The translations under genes and the position numbers were made by a program. A stretch of DNA of 64,000 nucleotides from contig CAYUYR010000004.1 in assembly GCA_964449435.1 (NCBI GenBank), forward strand, positions 20,059-84,058, read 5' to 3'. Below are positions 1 through 8,635 of this stretch, one piece after another. The DNA comes from an uncultured Planctomycetaceae bacterium. Lineage in GTDB: Bacteria > Planctomycetota > Phycisphaerae > Sedimentisphaerales > UBA12454. The notes beneath the pieces are model-generated. The model made no database searches and was not told where the DNA came from. It saw nothing but the letters and a program-made list of their open reading frames with translations. Every line of letters begins with the position of its first letter. The first letter of the stretch is position 1.

Positions 1-149
1 AGGGTTAGGATTGAACTGAATGGTTTTTCTCTTGATAGTCACCGACATTGAAAATCTCTTTCACAATATTGAATATCCCAGCAACCCATACTATCAGAAT
101 CCTGTTCATTTGTCACTGTTTACTTTCGTTCAAGTAAAACCGGAATAAG

Positions 150-182
150 AAAAAAGCTCCCCCGCTGGAGTAGAGGAGCTTT
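150..182 (-). terminator. Putative intrinsic terminator downstream of the DUF438 gene
   Basis: AAAGCTCC (153-160) / GGAGCTTT (175-182) stem; the plus-strand A-run at 150-155 gives a U-tract on the minus strand. Confidence 0.55.
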
Positions 183-279
183 ATCCGCCTTGGGCGGAAT
201 TAACTGAAATCTTCCCGGCTTTCCGGGAAAATACCCCATACAAAAAATCTTCTTCCTCCCGCGAGCCGGAATCCTTCGT

Positions 280-1035
280 TTACTTACAGGGCTGTGAATC
301 AAATCCGCAATAGCCCATTTCCTCGGCGAGCTGCTTTATGCGCCACCAGACCCTTTCATCCTTGAGAACATCCAGAGCGACAGGATAAAGAATATTGTCT
401 TCCTGAAAGATATGCTCCCGCATAATAGGAACGATAGCTGAAGAAAACGCATTAAGCTGAATTTTAAACTGTACCGGCTCAAAATTTTTGAAGTTGTTCA
501 CCGCCATTGTCAGGTTGCCTACCATATTTTTGATTCTCCAGTGCGCCTTTTCGAGAACCAGACAAATGCTCTTGCAGGGATAATTCGCCAGCACCGGAAA
601 AATCAAATCATCTTCCCTCTGATTATGAATATCGATTGCCTGTAAGTGTCCTGCGATATGTTCGAGCCTGCGGAATTCACTCGAAAGTTCCGTCAGTCCC
701 GTCGATTCCTGAATCAGCATATTTACCTCTTCGAGGTCGGCCAGGAAGCATTCGAACATTTCGTGCTCAGCTAAAATCCTGCGTACGGGATGGTCGGGGC
801 TGAGGTTTGCCCGCAAAAGCGCAAACTGGTCGCCCAAAATAGAAGCAAAAGCGTAAACGAGCGTGCGAAGCTGGTCGAAAGATACACCCGAACCTACGAG
901 GTACTTGTGAGCCCTGCTGATATCGCTTAATCTTAAAGTGGAAAGTAGCTGGCGGGCTTCCTGCCGGATTTTTGTCGGGTCCTCCCCACTGCGGACGCGT
1001 TCAAGAATATCTGCGAGTCTTCGTGCTTTTTCCAT
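280..1035 (-). CDS. DUF438 / hemerythrin-like cation-binding domain protein
   Basis: ATG at 1035 (MEKARRL) preceded by AAGGAGG; HxxxE/HxxxEE/D motifs (HEMFE, HNQREDDLIFP, HIFQEDNILYP). Confidence 0.8.
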   Translation of the reverse strand: MEKARRLADILERVRSGEDPTKIRQEARQLLSTLRLSDISRAHKYLVGSGVSFDQLRTLVYAFASILGDQFALLRANLSPDHPVRRILAEHEMFECFLADLEEVNMLIQESTGLTELSSEFRRLEHIAGHLQAIDIHNQREDDLIFPVLANYPCKSICLVLEKAHWRIKNMVGNLTMAVNNFKNFEPVQFKIQLNAFSSAIVPIMREHIFQEDNILYPVALDVLKDERVWWRIKQLAEEMGYCGFDSQPCK

Positions 1036-1517
1036 AGCCGTGCCTCCTTTCAACAAAGCGCCAACTGAACTAAAAAACCAGCCGCCTATGTCATAGTAAA
1101 CACGCACTCGAAATCTTCTATTTCCTATACGAATAAACTCGGCAAAGTTCCTAAAAAAAATAACAAAGCGCATAAAATTTTTAAAATCGTGCTAATAAAT
1201 GTTAAGGCAGGCAAGACAGGAAAACTGTGCCGCCTATAAAACATTTTATAGAAGATTATCTGCTTGAAAAACTCTTGACTGAGATGTGTCAAACTGGGAA
1301 TTTGTTGTTTTTTCTGCCATAAAAAAACGGGCCGGCAGGAGCCACGAACTTTACCAACAGTTTAGATGCTGCCGTGCATACTTCGCTGCCGATAATTGCT
1401 GTATCGTCCTGCCGGACCAATATATATACTGCCTCAAGCGAGACAGGATAACGTATCAATTTCCTGTTTTGGAATCCTTCCCCTGTGCAGACAATACTGC
1501 TGCTGATTGTTTTTTAA

Positions 1518-2552
1518 TTACAGATGGGTCTTGAGAACCGCCGCGGTGTGCATCGCCAGAACCATCAGATAATCCAAATCGCTCAGGCTGAAATGACTGT
1601 GCACCATAGAGTTATCCACATATATAACGCCGAAGCAGCCCTTTGCGGTCTTGATACTCGATATCATAGCTGAGCGGATTCTTTCACTCTGTTCGAGCTT
1701 TGCCGAGACCTGCGGCAGAACCAGCGACTGGCCCCTCTCGAACGTTTCCATAATCTTCGAGCCGAGCCTGATTTCCTCGATATGCACATCTTTGCCGTCG
1801 CGTCTCTTGCCCGCCTGATATGTAATCGGCCCTGTTTTTTGGCTGCGCAGTCCGCACCATACGCGGAAAGCCGTGAACTGCTGCATAGAAGTCTTTATAA
1901 GCGTCTGTACCAGCTCGTCGAGATTATTTGCTTCGCCCAGCGACTCAACCGCCTGCGCAAAATCCGTAAGTCTCCTTGCCGCAAGCCTCATCGCGGGCGC
2001 ATGCGCACCGTCGGGTTTTCTGACAATCACCTCATCGCGCGGCGTTGACAGCGATGCGGCTTCCGCCGAAGCCGTAGCTCTTATGGGCCTCGATGGTCTT
2101 TCTCTTACTGCCGGTACCACCGGCATTTTCGGCATTGCCGGCATTGCCGGCGCCGACGTCTCTTCCGCTTCCTCTGTTTCTTCTTCTCCTTCTTCTTCTG
2201 CCGCTGCCAGAGATACAGTATCATCGCTCGGAGAAACGGGAATGTTATCTTCCAAATCTTCGAAAGCAAGCTCTATGGAAAATTCCGTTATGCTGATTGT
2301 GTCGCCGTTCCTGATGGCGGCCTTGCGGATTGCCTGACCGTTCAGATACGTCTTATTGGCGGACTTCAAATCCTCAATCGTCCATTTGCCCTCTTTGGCC
2401 TCTATCATCGCATGCTCGCGCGAAACTGCTATATCGGGAAGAATTATCTGAAGGCCGGGCTTTCGGCCTATATATATCGGCGTGCTGTCGAACGTCTGCT
2501 CGCTGACAGTCTTGTCTTTCCTCTTTACAACTACGTGTAAAACTCTCGCCAT
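1518..2552 (-). CDS. FHA domain + GAF domain protein
   Basis: FHA motifs IGR...VSREHA...DLKSANKTYLNG; acidic/Pro linker; C-terminal GAF (GVIYVDN...FSLSDLDYL). Confidence 0.85.
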   Translation of the reverse strand: MARVLHVVVKRKDKTVSEQTFDSTPIYIGRKPGLQIILPDIAVSREHAMIEAKEGKWTIEDLKSANKTYLNGQAIRKAAIRNGDTISITEFSIELAFEDLEDNIPVSPSDDTVSLAAAEEEGEEETEEAEETSAPAMPAMPKMPVVPAVRERPSRPIRATASAEAASLSTPRDEVIVRKPDGAHAPAMRLAARRLTDFAQAVESLGEANNLDELVQTLIKTSMQQFTAFRVWCGLRSQKTGPITYQAGKRRDGKDVHIEEIRLGSKIMETFERGQSLVLPQVSAKLEQSERIRSAMISSIKTAKGCFGVIYVDNSMVHSHFSLSDLDYLMVLAMHTAAVLKTHL

Positions 2553-2833
2553 ATCTGGCCCCAACTAAAAAGGTTAAAGATTAGCAATTTTAGCCGACCC
2601 TACAAATTATCACAATTCGGCCCACAATGCAACCTTTTATAAAATCAAGTTTTTTAACCCTTTTTCTGTTAAGTGTTTAGAAAACTTCCCAAAAAATTGT
2701 TGGATTTTATGAATTTTTCCCTTGATTTTTTAATTACAAATGTTAAAATATGCGTATATTTGATAATCATATAACTTATAAGCCTTTAAAAGACAAGGCT
2801 TTTTTAACATCTTAAGGTACGGTGAATTTAGTT

Positions 2834-3205
2834 ATGTCCGCACAAAAAATCAGTAAGAACGAGCTTTTGCTTATTTTTGAAAAACATCCGGCAAGGGTGG
2901 CTCTGCTTCCTGCCGCCCAGAGGGCGCTGGTGGCGCTGTTCCTCAGCAGCCGAAGTTTCAGAATACTTGCGAAAGCCGCAGATGCAAACGAGGCCGCCGT
3001 CGCAAGAAAACTGAGAAGCATCGCCGGCAGAATAATCAACGCTCATTTTCTAACCGCCCTGTCGCAGGAAAAGTTGTCCGGAAAAAAAATAGAGGTAATC
3101 AGGGACCATTTCGTAAAAGGGCTGAGCATAAAAACAATCGCACAAAAAACCGGACTATCCCGTTACAGAATAACAAAAATTATTAAGCAAATGAGGACAT
3201 TATGA
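2834..3205 (+). CDS. Small helix-turn-helix protein (sigma70 region-4-like C-terminus)
   Basis: GLSIKTIAQKTGLSRYRITKII HTH; ATGA overlap with the next gene. Confidence 0.65.
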   Translation: MSAQKISKNELLLIFEKHPARVALLPAAQRALVALFLSSRSFRILAKAADANEAAVARKLRSIAGRIINAHFLTALSQEKLSGKKIEVIRDHFVKGLSIKTIAQKTGLSRYRITKIIKQMRTL

Positions 3206-3858
3206 TTACTACATTAACCGCAGAAAAAAAATTCGATTGGAATCTGCCCCTGACCGACAAGGCCGCCGATGTGCTGAGAGCCTTCGGCATAACGGTACAG
3301 AGACTCAAAAGCGGCGCGATAACGCATAGCTGCGAAATAAAATTATCCGCAGGCCAAATTGCTTATATCACAGGCCCGTCTGGAAGCGGAAAAAGCGTAC
3401 TGCTGAGAGAGTTTTTCAGCACCTTTGACAACGATAAAAAAATCAACATCGACGATATACCCCTGCCCGACGACAAAACCACCGTCGATTGCATAGAGGG
3501 AAGTTTTCTCGAGACTCTCAGAACATTAAGCAGCGCAGGCCTTACGGATGTTTTCTGCGTCCTTAATTCACCGGCAACTTTGAGCGAAGGACAGAAATAC
3601 CGATACCGAATAGCAAAGGCAATCAGCAGTGATAAGCAGTTTATCTTTGCAGATGAGTTCTGCTCGAATCTCGACAGGGTAACCGCAGCGGTAATCAGCC
3701 ATAACCTGCGTAAATTCGCGTCAAAGACCGGAAAGGCATTTATCCTTGCAAGCTCACACGACGATTTACTGAGCGATTTGCTGCCTGAAGTCATCGTCAT
3801 CAAACATTTAGCAGGCGATGCGGAACTGATTTATAAAACTCTAAGCACTAAACCATAA
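3202..3858 (+). CDS. Stand-alone soluble ABC-type ATPase
   Basis: Walker A GPSGSGKS, signature LSEGQ, Walker B FIFADEF, H-loop SSH; no permease nearby. Confidence 0.85.
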   Translation: MITTLTAEKKFDWNLPLTDKAADVLRAFGITVQRLKSGAITHSCEIKLSAGQIAYITGPSGSGKSVLLREFFSTFDNDKKINIDDIPLPDDKTTVDCIEGSFLETLRTLSSAGLTDVFCVLNSPATLSEGQKYRYRIAKAISSDKQFIFADEFCSNLDRVTAAVISHNLRKFASKTGKAFILASSHDDLLSDLLPEVIVIKHLAGDAELIYKTLSTKP

Positions 3859-3970
3859 ATACTAAACAAATTCAAAATGCTAATTCTCAAATGCTCAAAA
3901 CGGTTTTGAAAATTGATATTTTGGTAATTCGGATTTGTTTAGGATTTAGAAATTAGAATTTAGGATTTTC
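3842..3970. repeat. Heptamer-periodic imperfect inverted repeat (long hairpin)
   Basis: Arms converge on TCAAAAC-G-GTTTTGA; same family as 23801-23940. Confidence 0.75.
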
Positions 3971-3972
3971 TT

Positions 3973-4833
3973 ATGAACTGCACGATAAAAAAATACTTAA
4001 AGATTGTTGAAGGAAATATTGGCGACTATAAGCCTTTAAGCAGATTTCATTACCGCGACTGCAAAACCGGCCCTGTATCAGCTATCTATAAAATTATAGA
4101 TACACATCCAGCTCGTGCCGCGTTATACGGTTGCGGTCGCGCGACTCGTATCGGCTGCGTAGAACGTAAATCGTCATCCAATACGCAGCCGACAGACGTA
4201 ATACGAAACGAGCAGCGCAACCTATCAACGAAAACCGATAATTGTGAACCGGTCGTTGGAATCATCGTTTATTCTATGCCTGCCTGCTCAGTACAGTTGC
4301 GGAACATCGCGACAAAGGGACTGTTCACAAAACTTGGCTCTGCAAACGCAAATATGCAGTTCGTGAACAATAATATCCGCACAATCGCCCGTGTCGTTAT
4401 TGAGCCGCGATACAGAGCTTTGGGCCTTGCTTACGAATTAGTGCAGAAAACAATGCCGATGCTGAATATGCCTTATATCGAGGCTTTAGCGGTAATGGGA
4501 AAGGTCAATCCGTTCTTTGAAAAGGCGGGTATGATGAGATACGAAGCCCGTCAGTCGCCGCGATGTATTCAGCTCACGCAAGCCCTAAGTGCAGTCGGCA
4601 TTGAGCAGTCCGACCTTGCCGATATAGAAAGAACGCACAATATCCTGCGAAGCCTGAATGGAAAACAAAAGGCGTTTATCGAAAAACAGATTACCAATTT
4701 TCTTACAGCTTACGGCAGGAGGGTAAAAAACCTGCCCGACTGTCTAAAGAGAACCGAATTTTTCATCAGCAGATTATCCGACAGACCCGTTTATTACATC
4801 TGGCGAAATGCTGATGTGAAATTGAAAGTATAA
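3973..4833 (+). CDS. GNAT-fold acyltransferase, Mom-like / ABC-ATPase-associated type
   Basis: LSRFHYR N-terminal motif; acyl-CoA-binding motif RTIARVVIEPRYRALGLA; VMGKVNPFFEKAG. Confidence 0.7.
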   Translation: MNCTIKKYLKIVEGNIGDYKPLSRFHYRDCKTGPVSAIYKIIDTHPARAALYGCGRATRIGCVERKSSSNTQPTDVIRNEQRNLSTKTDNCEPVVGIIVYSMPACSVQLRNIATKGLFTKLGSANANMQFVNNNIRTIARVVIEPRYRALGLAYELVQKTMPMLNMPYIEALAVMGKVNPFFEKAGMMRYEARQSPRCIQLTQALSAVGIEQSDLADIERTHNILRSLNGKQKAFIEKQITNFLTAYGRRVKNLPDCLKRTEFFISRLSDRPVYYIWRNADVKLKV

Positions 4834-4838
4834 AAAGA

Positions 4839-4905
4839 GCCACAAAAACACAAAGGCACGAAGAAAATATATATTAAAAACTTTGTGTCTTAGTACCTTA
4901 GTGGC
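4839..4905. repeat. Octamer-periodic inverted repeat directly after the GNAT gene
   Basis: GCCACAAAAACACAAAGGCACGAAG ... CTTTGTGTCTTAGTACCTTAGTGGC. Confidence 0.65.
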
Positions 4906-4947
4906 AATTAATTTTGCTTTTACAAGTTTATAGCGCAGAGAGACTGA

Positions 4948-4977
4948 TAAAAAAAAGGCCGGTTTTAAGACCGGCCT
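4948..4977 (-). terminator. Intrinsic terminator-like hairpin
   Basis: AGGCCGGT-TTTAAG-ACCGGCCT preceded by a plus-strand A-run. Confidence 0.55.
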
Positions 4978-5062
4978 GTCAGTACTCTTATTTTTTATAA
5001 ATTTCTTATCTAACCGCTTATGATTAAAGCAGTTAACGGGATAAAACTTGCAGATACTTAAA

Positions 5063-5127
5063 TATCAGCAAATTGATTTGTTGATACTGAAATGCCATTT
5101 TAATATCAACAAACTATTTTGTTGATA
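5063..5127. promoter_or_regulatory. Two palindromic boxes TATCA(A/G)CAAA-N4-TTTGTTGATA
   Basis: Copies at 5063-5086 and 5104-5127; the second extends to a perfect 13-bp inverted repeat 5101-5130. Confidence 0.55.
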
Positions 5128-5138
5128 TTATAGTATTT

Positions 5139-5274
5139 TCAAAAAACCTTCTTGCCTTCAGCCGTATTCATAAGCTCGGCAAAAACATATAAAGCAGGGC
5201 GACGGAACAAGTTTTGACCAGTCAATACTCTTGGGCGGGAACTTACCATAATGATATTTTACAGGTTTAGCCAT
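5139..5274 (-). pseudogene. Internally deleted Fic-family gene remnant
   Basis: MAKPVKYHYGKFPPKSIDWSKLVP joined out of frame to RRPALYVFAELMNTAEGKKVF*, resembling the two termini of Fic/DOC-family proteins. Confidence 0.65.
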
Positions 5275-5378
5275 ATTATCTTCTCACAATACCTAATGGA
5301 ATAACCGCCATTCAACTATGCCATAAATCTACCCCTTAACAAAATATAAATCAATCTTTTTTATAAGGAGAAATCCCT

Positions 5379-6020
5379 ATGCAAAATACAATTATCAGAA
5401 TACCGCTTGACAGCCTTTTGCCGCATCCGGAAAACCCCAACAAAATGAGCAAGGCAAACTTTGAAAAGCTCAAGAGGCATATAAAAAAATCTCACAATTA
5501 CGAGCCTTTAATCGTCCGCAAACATCCTGAAATCGAAAACCATTTTCAAATCATCAACGGCCATCACCGCGCAGAGGCCCTAAAGCAAATCGGCGAAACA
5601 TTTGCCGACTGTGTAGAATGGGACATCAACGACGATGCCGCAAGGCTGCTTCTTGCTACACTTAACAGGTTAGGCGGAAAAGATGAACTAAGCGCAAAGG
5701 CGGCTCTATACAAAAACCTGTCAGTCAAATTCAGCGTTCAGGAATTGACTAAGCTCCTGCCGGATGACAAACAGACGATTGAAAAGCTGAAAGACATCAC
5801 AAAACCGCCTGCGGACTTTGCCGAAGACCCAAAGGCGTTTTTAAATACATTGGTTTTCTTCCTCGATGACGGCCAGATTGAAACCGTCGAAAACGCACTT
5901 GAAAAGGCATCGCCGCAGAGCCGCGACCGTAAGGGAGCGGTAAGTAAATCCGAAAAAATGGCAAAAGCAATAACTATAATCGCAAACTCATATCTCAAAG
6001 GAGTGAAAAATGAAACGTAA
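5379..6020 (+). CDS. ParB/Srx-like N-terminal domain protein (phage type)
   Basis: LLPHPENPN...EPLIVR...QIINGHHR; AAGGAG RBS. Confidence 0.85.
   Translation: MQNTIIRIPLDSLLPHPENPNKMSKANFEKLKRHIKKSHNYEPLIVRKHPEIENHFQIINGHHRAEALKQIGETFADCVEWDINDDAARLLLATLNRLGGKDELSAKAALYKNLSVKFSVQELTKLLPDDKQTIEKLKDITKPPADFAEDPKAFLNTLVFFLDDGQIETVENALEKASPQSRDRKGAVSKSEKMAKAITIIANSYLKGVKNET
5917..5941 (+). repeat. REP-like hairpin AGAGCCGCGACCGTAAGGGAGCGGT inside the ParB-like CDS
   Basis: 24/25 identical to 29103-29127. Confidence 0.75.
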
Positions 6021-6819
6021 AAAGATTCAATATGTCTCCCTCGAATCGGGAGCGTTCATCTCAGATTTGATTTTCCAAACGATGACAGCCGAGGAAAAAG
6101 GCGTTTACTGCACACTGATTTTCTATCTCTACGAAAACAACGGCAAACTGCCCTTTGACATCGAGGCATTAAAACATCTTTGCAACTGTCCGGATTTTCA
6201 AAAGGTCTGGGAGTTCGTCAAACAAAAATTCATAATCAAAAACGGCAGAATTTTTCACAAAAGAGTCAGCAAAGAATTAGACAGAGCTAAAAAAATGTCG
6301 CAACTCCAATCAGAAAGAGCGGTTAAGGCGGCAGCAAAACGCTGGCAAAACGATGCTCCAAGCATACCCGCAAGCAATGCTCCAAGCATAGCCAAGCGAA
6401 GTAACGTTCAGCGAAGCGAAGTTCAGGTAAGAGAAAATATCGATACGAGGGATGTCTCATCAATAGCCAAAGACTTACTGCCGCCGCTGCCAACTCCGCA
6501 AAGGCCCAGTATCGCTTCGCAGATTCAATGTCTTAAATCTTCGCTTCGTCCCGCCAACGAAACTGACCCGACGAGTATGGTTGTTTTCTATGACAAATTA
6601 GCAGGCACTTTCGGCGGCAGAACGCCTGCCGATTCTGCCGCCCTGAGAAACCTTGTCCGCTGGCTCAAGGACTCCGTCACAGCAGGGATTTTCACCAAGG
6701 ACATTTATCAGAGGGTTCTCGATATGGCCGCGGACTCCAAAAACGGAAACAGCAGAAAACCGATTGCCGTCTTCTTCGCGCAGGTCAAAAAAGATTTAGG
6801 ATACAAAAAGAACGAGTAA
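6010..6819 (+). CDS. DUF1376/YdaU-like phage replication protein
   Basis: TMTAEEKGVYCTLIFYLYENNGKLP...HKRVSKELDRA...AAAKRW; overlaps the ParB stop; internal direct repeats. Confidence 0.65.
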   Translation: MKRKKIQYVSLESGAFISDLIFQTMTAEEKGVYCTLIFYLYENNGKLPFDIEALKHLCNCPDFQKVWEFVKQKFIIKNGRIFHKRVSKELDRAKKMSQLQSERAVKAAAKRWQNDAPSIPASNAPSIAKRSNVQRSEVQVRENIDTRDVSSIAKDLLPPLPTPQRPSIASQIQCLKSSLRPANETDPTSMVVFYDKLAGTFGGRTPADSAALRNLVRWLKDSVTAGIFTKDIYQRVLDMAADSKNGNSRKPIAVFFAQVKKDLGYKKNE

Positions 6820-6828
6820 TATAAAAAC

Positions 6829-6857
6829 TTGAATTATCAGGACAGGTTTGGTACTCT
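6829..6857 (+). promoter_or_regulatory. sigma70-like promoter of greA
   Basis: TTGAAT-17 nt-TACTCT. Confidence 0.45.
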
Positions 6858-6923
6858 ATCGAAAATCAGGCCCAGCGGCGCCGCTGGGATAAAATGTAAA
6901 GTGTTTAATGGAGATATATCAGG

Positions 6924-7406
6924 ATGTCTGACCTTGTGCCAATATCACTAACGGGCTTTGAAAAGCTCAAGGAGGAACTGACCCGGCTCGAGAAAGAAGC
7001 GGCTGAAACGAGAAAAAGAGTTGCTGAAGCTCGTGAACAGGGCGACCTGAGGGAAAACGGCGAATATACTTACGGCCGTCAGCAACTTGGCTTTATCGAA
7101 GGACGGCTCGGTGAATTGAGAGGGCAAATAAACCTGTCAGACAAAGTTGATTGCACGAAAGTTCAATGCGACCGCGCCGTGTTTGGCACCGTAGTAACTT
7201 TGCTGAATCTGAATACTCAGGAGAAGGCAACCTATCAATTGCTGGGCCCTTATGACGCCGATATCGATACAGGAAGTATTTCTATTCACTCGCCTGTAGG
7301 AGACGCTATCCACGGCCTGGCAATCGGAGACAAGGGGGTAATAAACAAACCCAGCGGCGAGTTCCATTTTGAAGTAATTGACATCGCCAAGCCGCAATTT
7401 GAGTAG
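6924..7406 (+). CDS. greA: Transcription elongation factor GreA
   Basis: AREQGDLRENGEY; FGTVVTL; ISIHSPVG. Confidence 0.92.
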   Translation: MSDLVPISLTGFEKLKEELTRLEKEAAETRKRVAEAREQGDLRENGEYTYGRQQLGFIEGRLGELRGQINLSDKVDCTKVQCDRAVFGTVVTLLNLNTQEKATYQLLGPYDADIDTGSISIHSPVGDAIHGLAIGDKGVINKPSGEFHFEVIDIAKPQFE

Positions 7407-7535
7407 GTCATAAGCGGTTTTTTCTTGATTTTTCCTGAAATTCTGATACAATACTTTTTGTATCTGTAACGGATGACGGAGATTCAGCGGGCAGGACACA
7501 ACGGCTTACTTTTTAAATTTAAGCAGGTATAGGTT

Positions 7536-7901
7536 ATGAAGAAGACTTTGCTATTTTCTATGATGTTTGCCGTTCCGGCAGTTGTCAGTTTTTACGCATT
7601 TGCGGCAGCGCCGGCACAAAAACCGAAACTGCTCGAAATTAAAATCGTCGGCCCTGATTCTGTTCCCGAAAACACGCAAAATATTTTCTGCGTCGTCGCT
7701 GTCTATGACGACGGCTCAGAGGTGGAAGTTACCGCAGATGCGGATGTTAAAGTCGTTTCAGATGAATGTAAAGTTTTGAACATCGGCGGAATTGTCGAGA
7801 CATTCGAGCTTAAAAAAGCGGAAAAGCACTTTACCATTTCCGCAAACTACCGCAGCTTTGAGGTTCAAAAGCCGGTCGTCATTTTCGCCAACAAGAAATA
7901 A
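7536..7901 (+). CDS. Secreted protein with a probable Ig-like beta domain
   Basis: Signal peptide MKKTLLF...AFA; beta-rich IVGPDSVPEN...AVYDDGSEVEVT. Confidence 0.65.
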   Translation: MKKTLLFSMMFAVPAVVSFYAFAAAPAQKPKLLEIKIVGPDSVPENTQNIFCVVAVYDDGSEVEVTADADVKVVSDECKVLNIGGIVETFELKKAEKHFTISANYRSFEVQKPVVIFANKK

Positions 7902-7940
7902 ATAATCCGGCTGAAAAATATTCAGCCGCAGACGGTTCTG

Positions 7941-7977
7941 CAAATCTTCAATATTAAATTTCCAATCTTCAATTCTA
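7941..7977 (+). repeat. Degenerate heptamer tandem repeat upstream of an RBS
   Basis: CAAATCT TCAATAT TAAATTT CCAATCT TCAATTC. Confidence 0.5.
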
Positions 7978-7990
7978 AAGGAGACAAACT

Positions 7991-8383
7991 ATGTCATTAA
8001 CCAAAAAGCAATTAGAGATTATCGATGAATTATTTGAATCCGGCGGCGATGAGACTGCCGTCCTTTCAAGGCACGGAATTACTTTCAGCGACTGGCAAAA
8101 GCAGCTCGCCGAAAAGGATTTTGCCGATGAATTGGCCGCAAGAATGGAATCCTCGAAGCGGCAGGGTCGGATTATTTTGTCCAAGTACGCCCCTTACGCC
8201 GCTACGAAGCTGATTCAGTTATGTGAGAGTGAAAATCAGGAGACGGCCCGCAAGGCCGCTTTGGACATCTTGAATTTGCAGACCGGCTCTCCTGTCGCTG
8301 TCGCTCCAGGCTCCGGCGAACCATTGCCGAGCCTCGACCCCGAAACCGCCTCAAAACTATTAGCCGCTTTAGCTGAAAGCTGA
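7991..8383 (+). CDS. Terminase small subunit-like HTH protein
   Basis: N-terminal HTH (LTKKQLEII...SRHGITFSDW), helical ETARKAALDIL segment, 130 aa; AAGGAG RBS. Confidence 0.55.
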   Translation: MSLTKKQLEIIDELFESGGDETAVLSRHGITFSDWQKQLAEKDFADELAARMESSKRQGRIILSKYAPYAATKLIQLCESENQETARKAALDILNLQTGSPVAVAPGSGEPLPSLDPETASKLLAALAES

Positions 8384-8419
8384 TTTTTAGCCTAAAAACG
8401 GCCATTTTCTTAAATTACA

Positions 8420-8443
8420 CATATTTCCTATATAGGAAATATG
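8420..8443. promoter_or_regulatory. Perfect 24-bp palindrome
   Basis: CATATTTCCTATATAGGAAATATG. Confidence 0.6.
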
Positions 8444-8635
8444 CCAAAAATAAGAAAAAAATTCTACAGCAACTAAGCAGAAAACCAAATTTAATTATGA
8501 CCAGTCTGATAAAAAAACGGTTTTGGCATAAACGGCTCCAAAATACGTAAAAATGCTTAATTTCTGTCTTGATTTATACGATAAATAATGTATAATATTT
8601 TCTCCAAATCGTGGTGTTTGTTTGTAAAGTCAGGT

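Noticed and set aside
4-108. 34-codon minus-strand ORF MNRILIVWVAG...
   Set aside because: Short, at the window edge, no recognisable motif.
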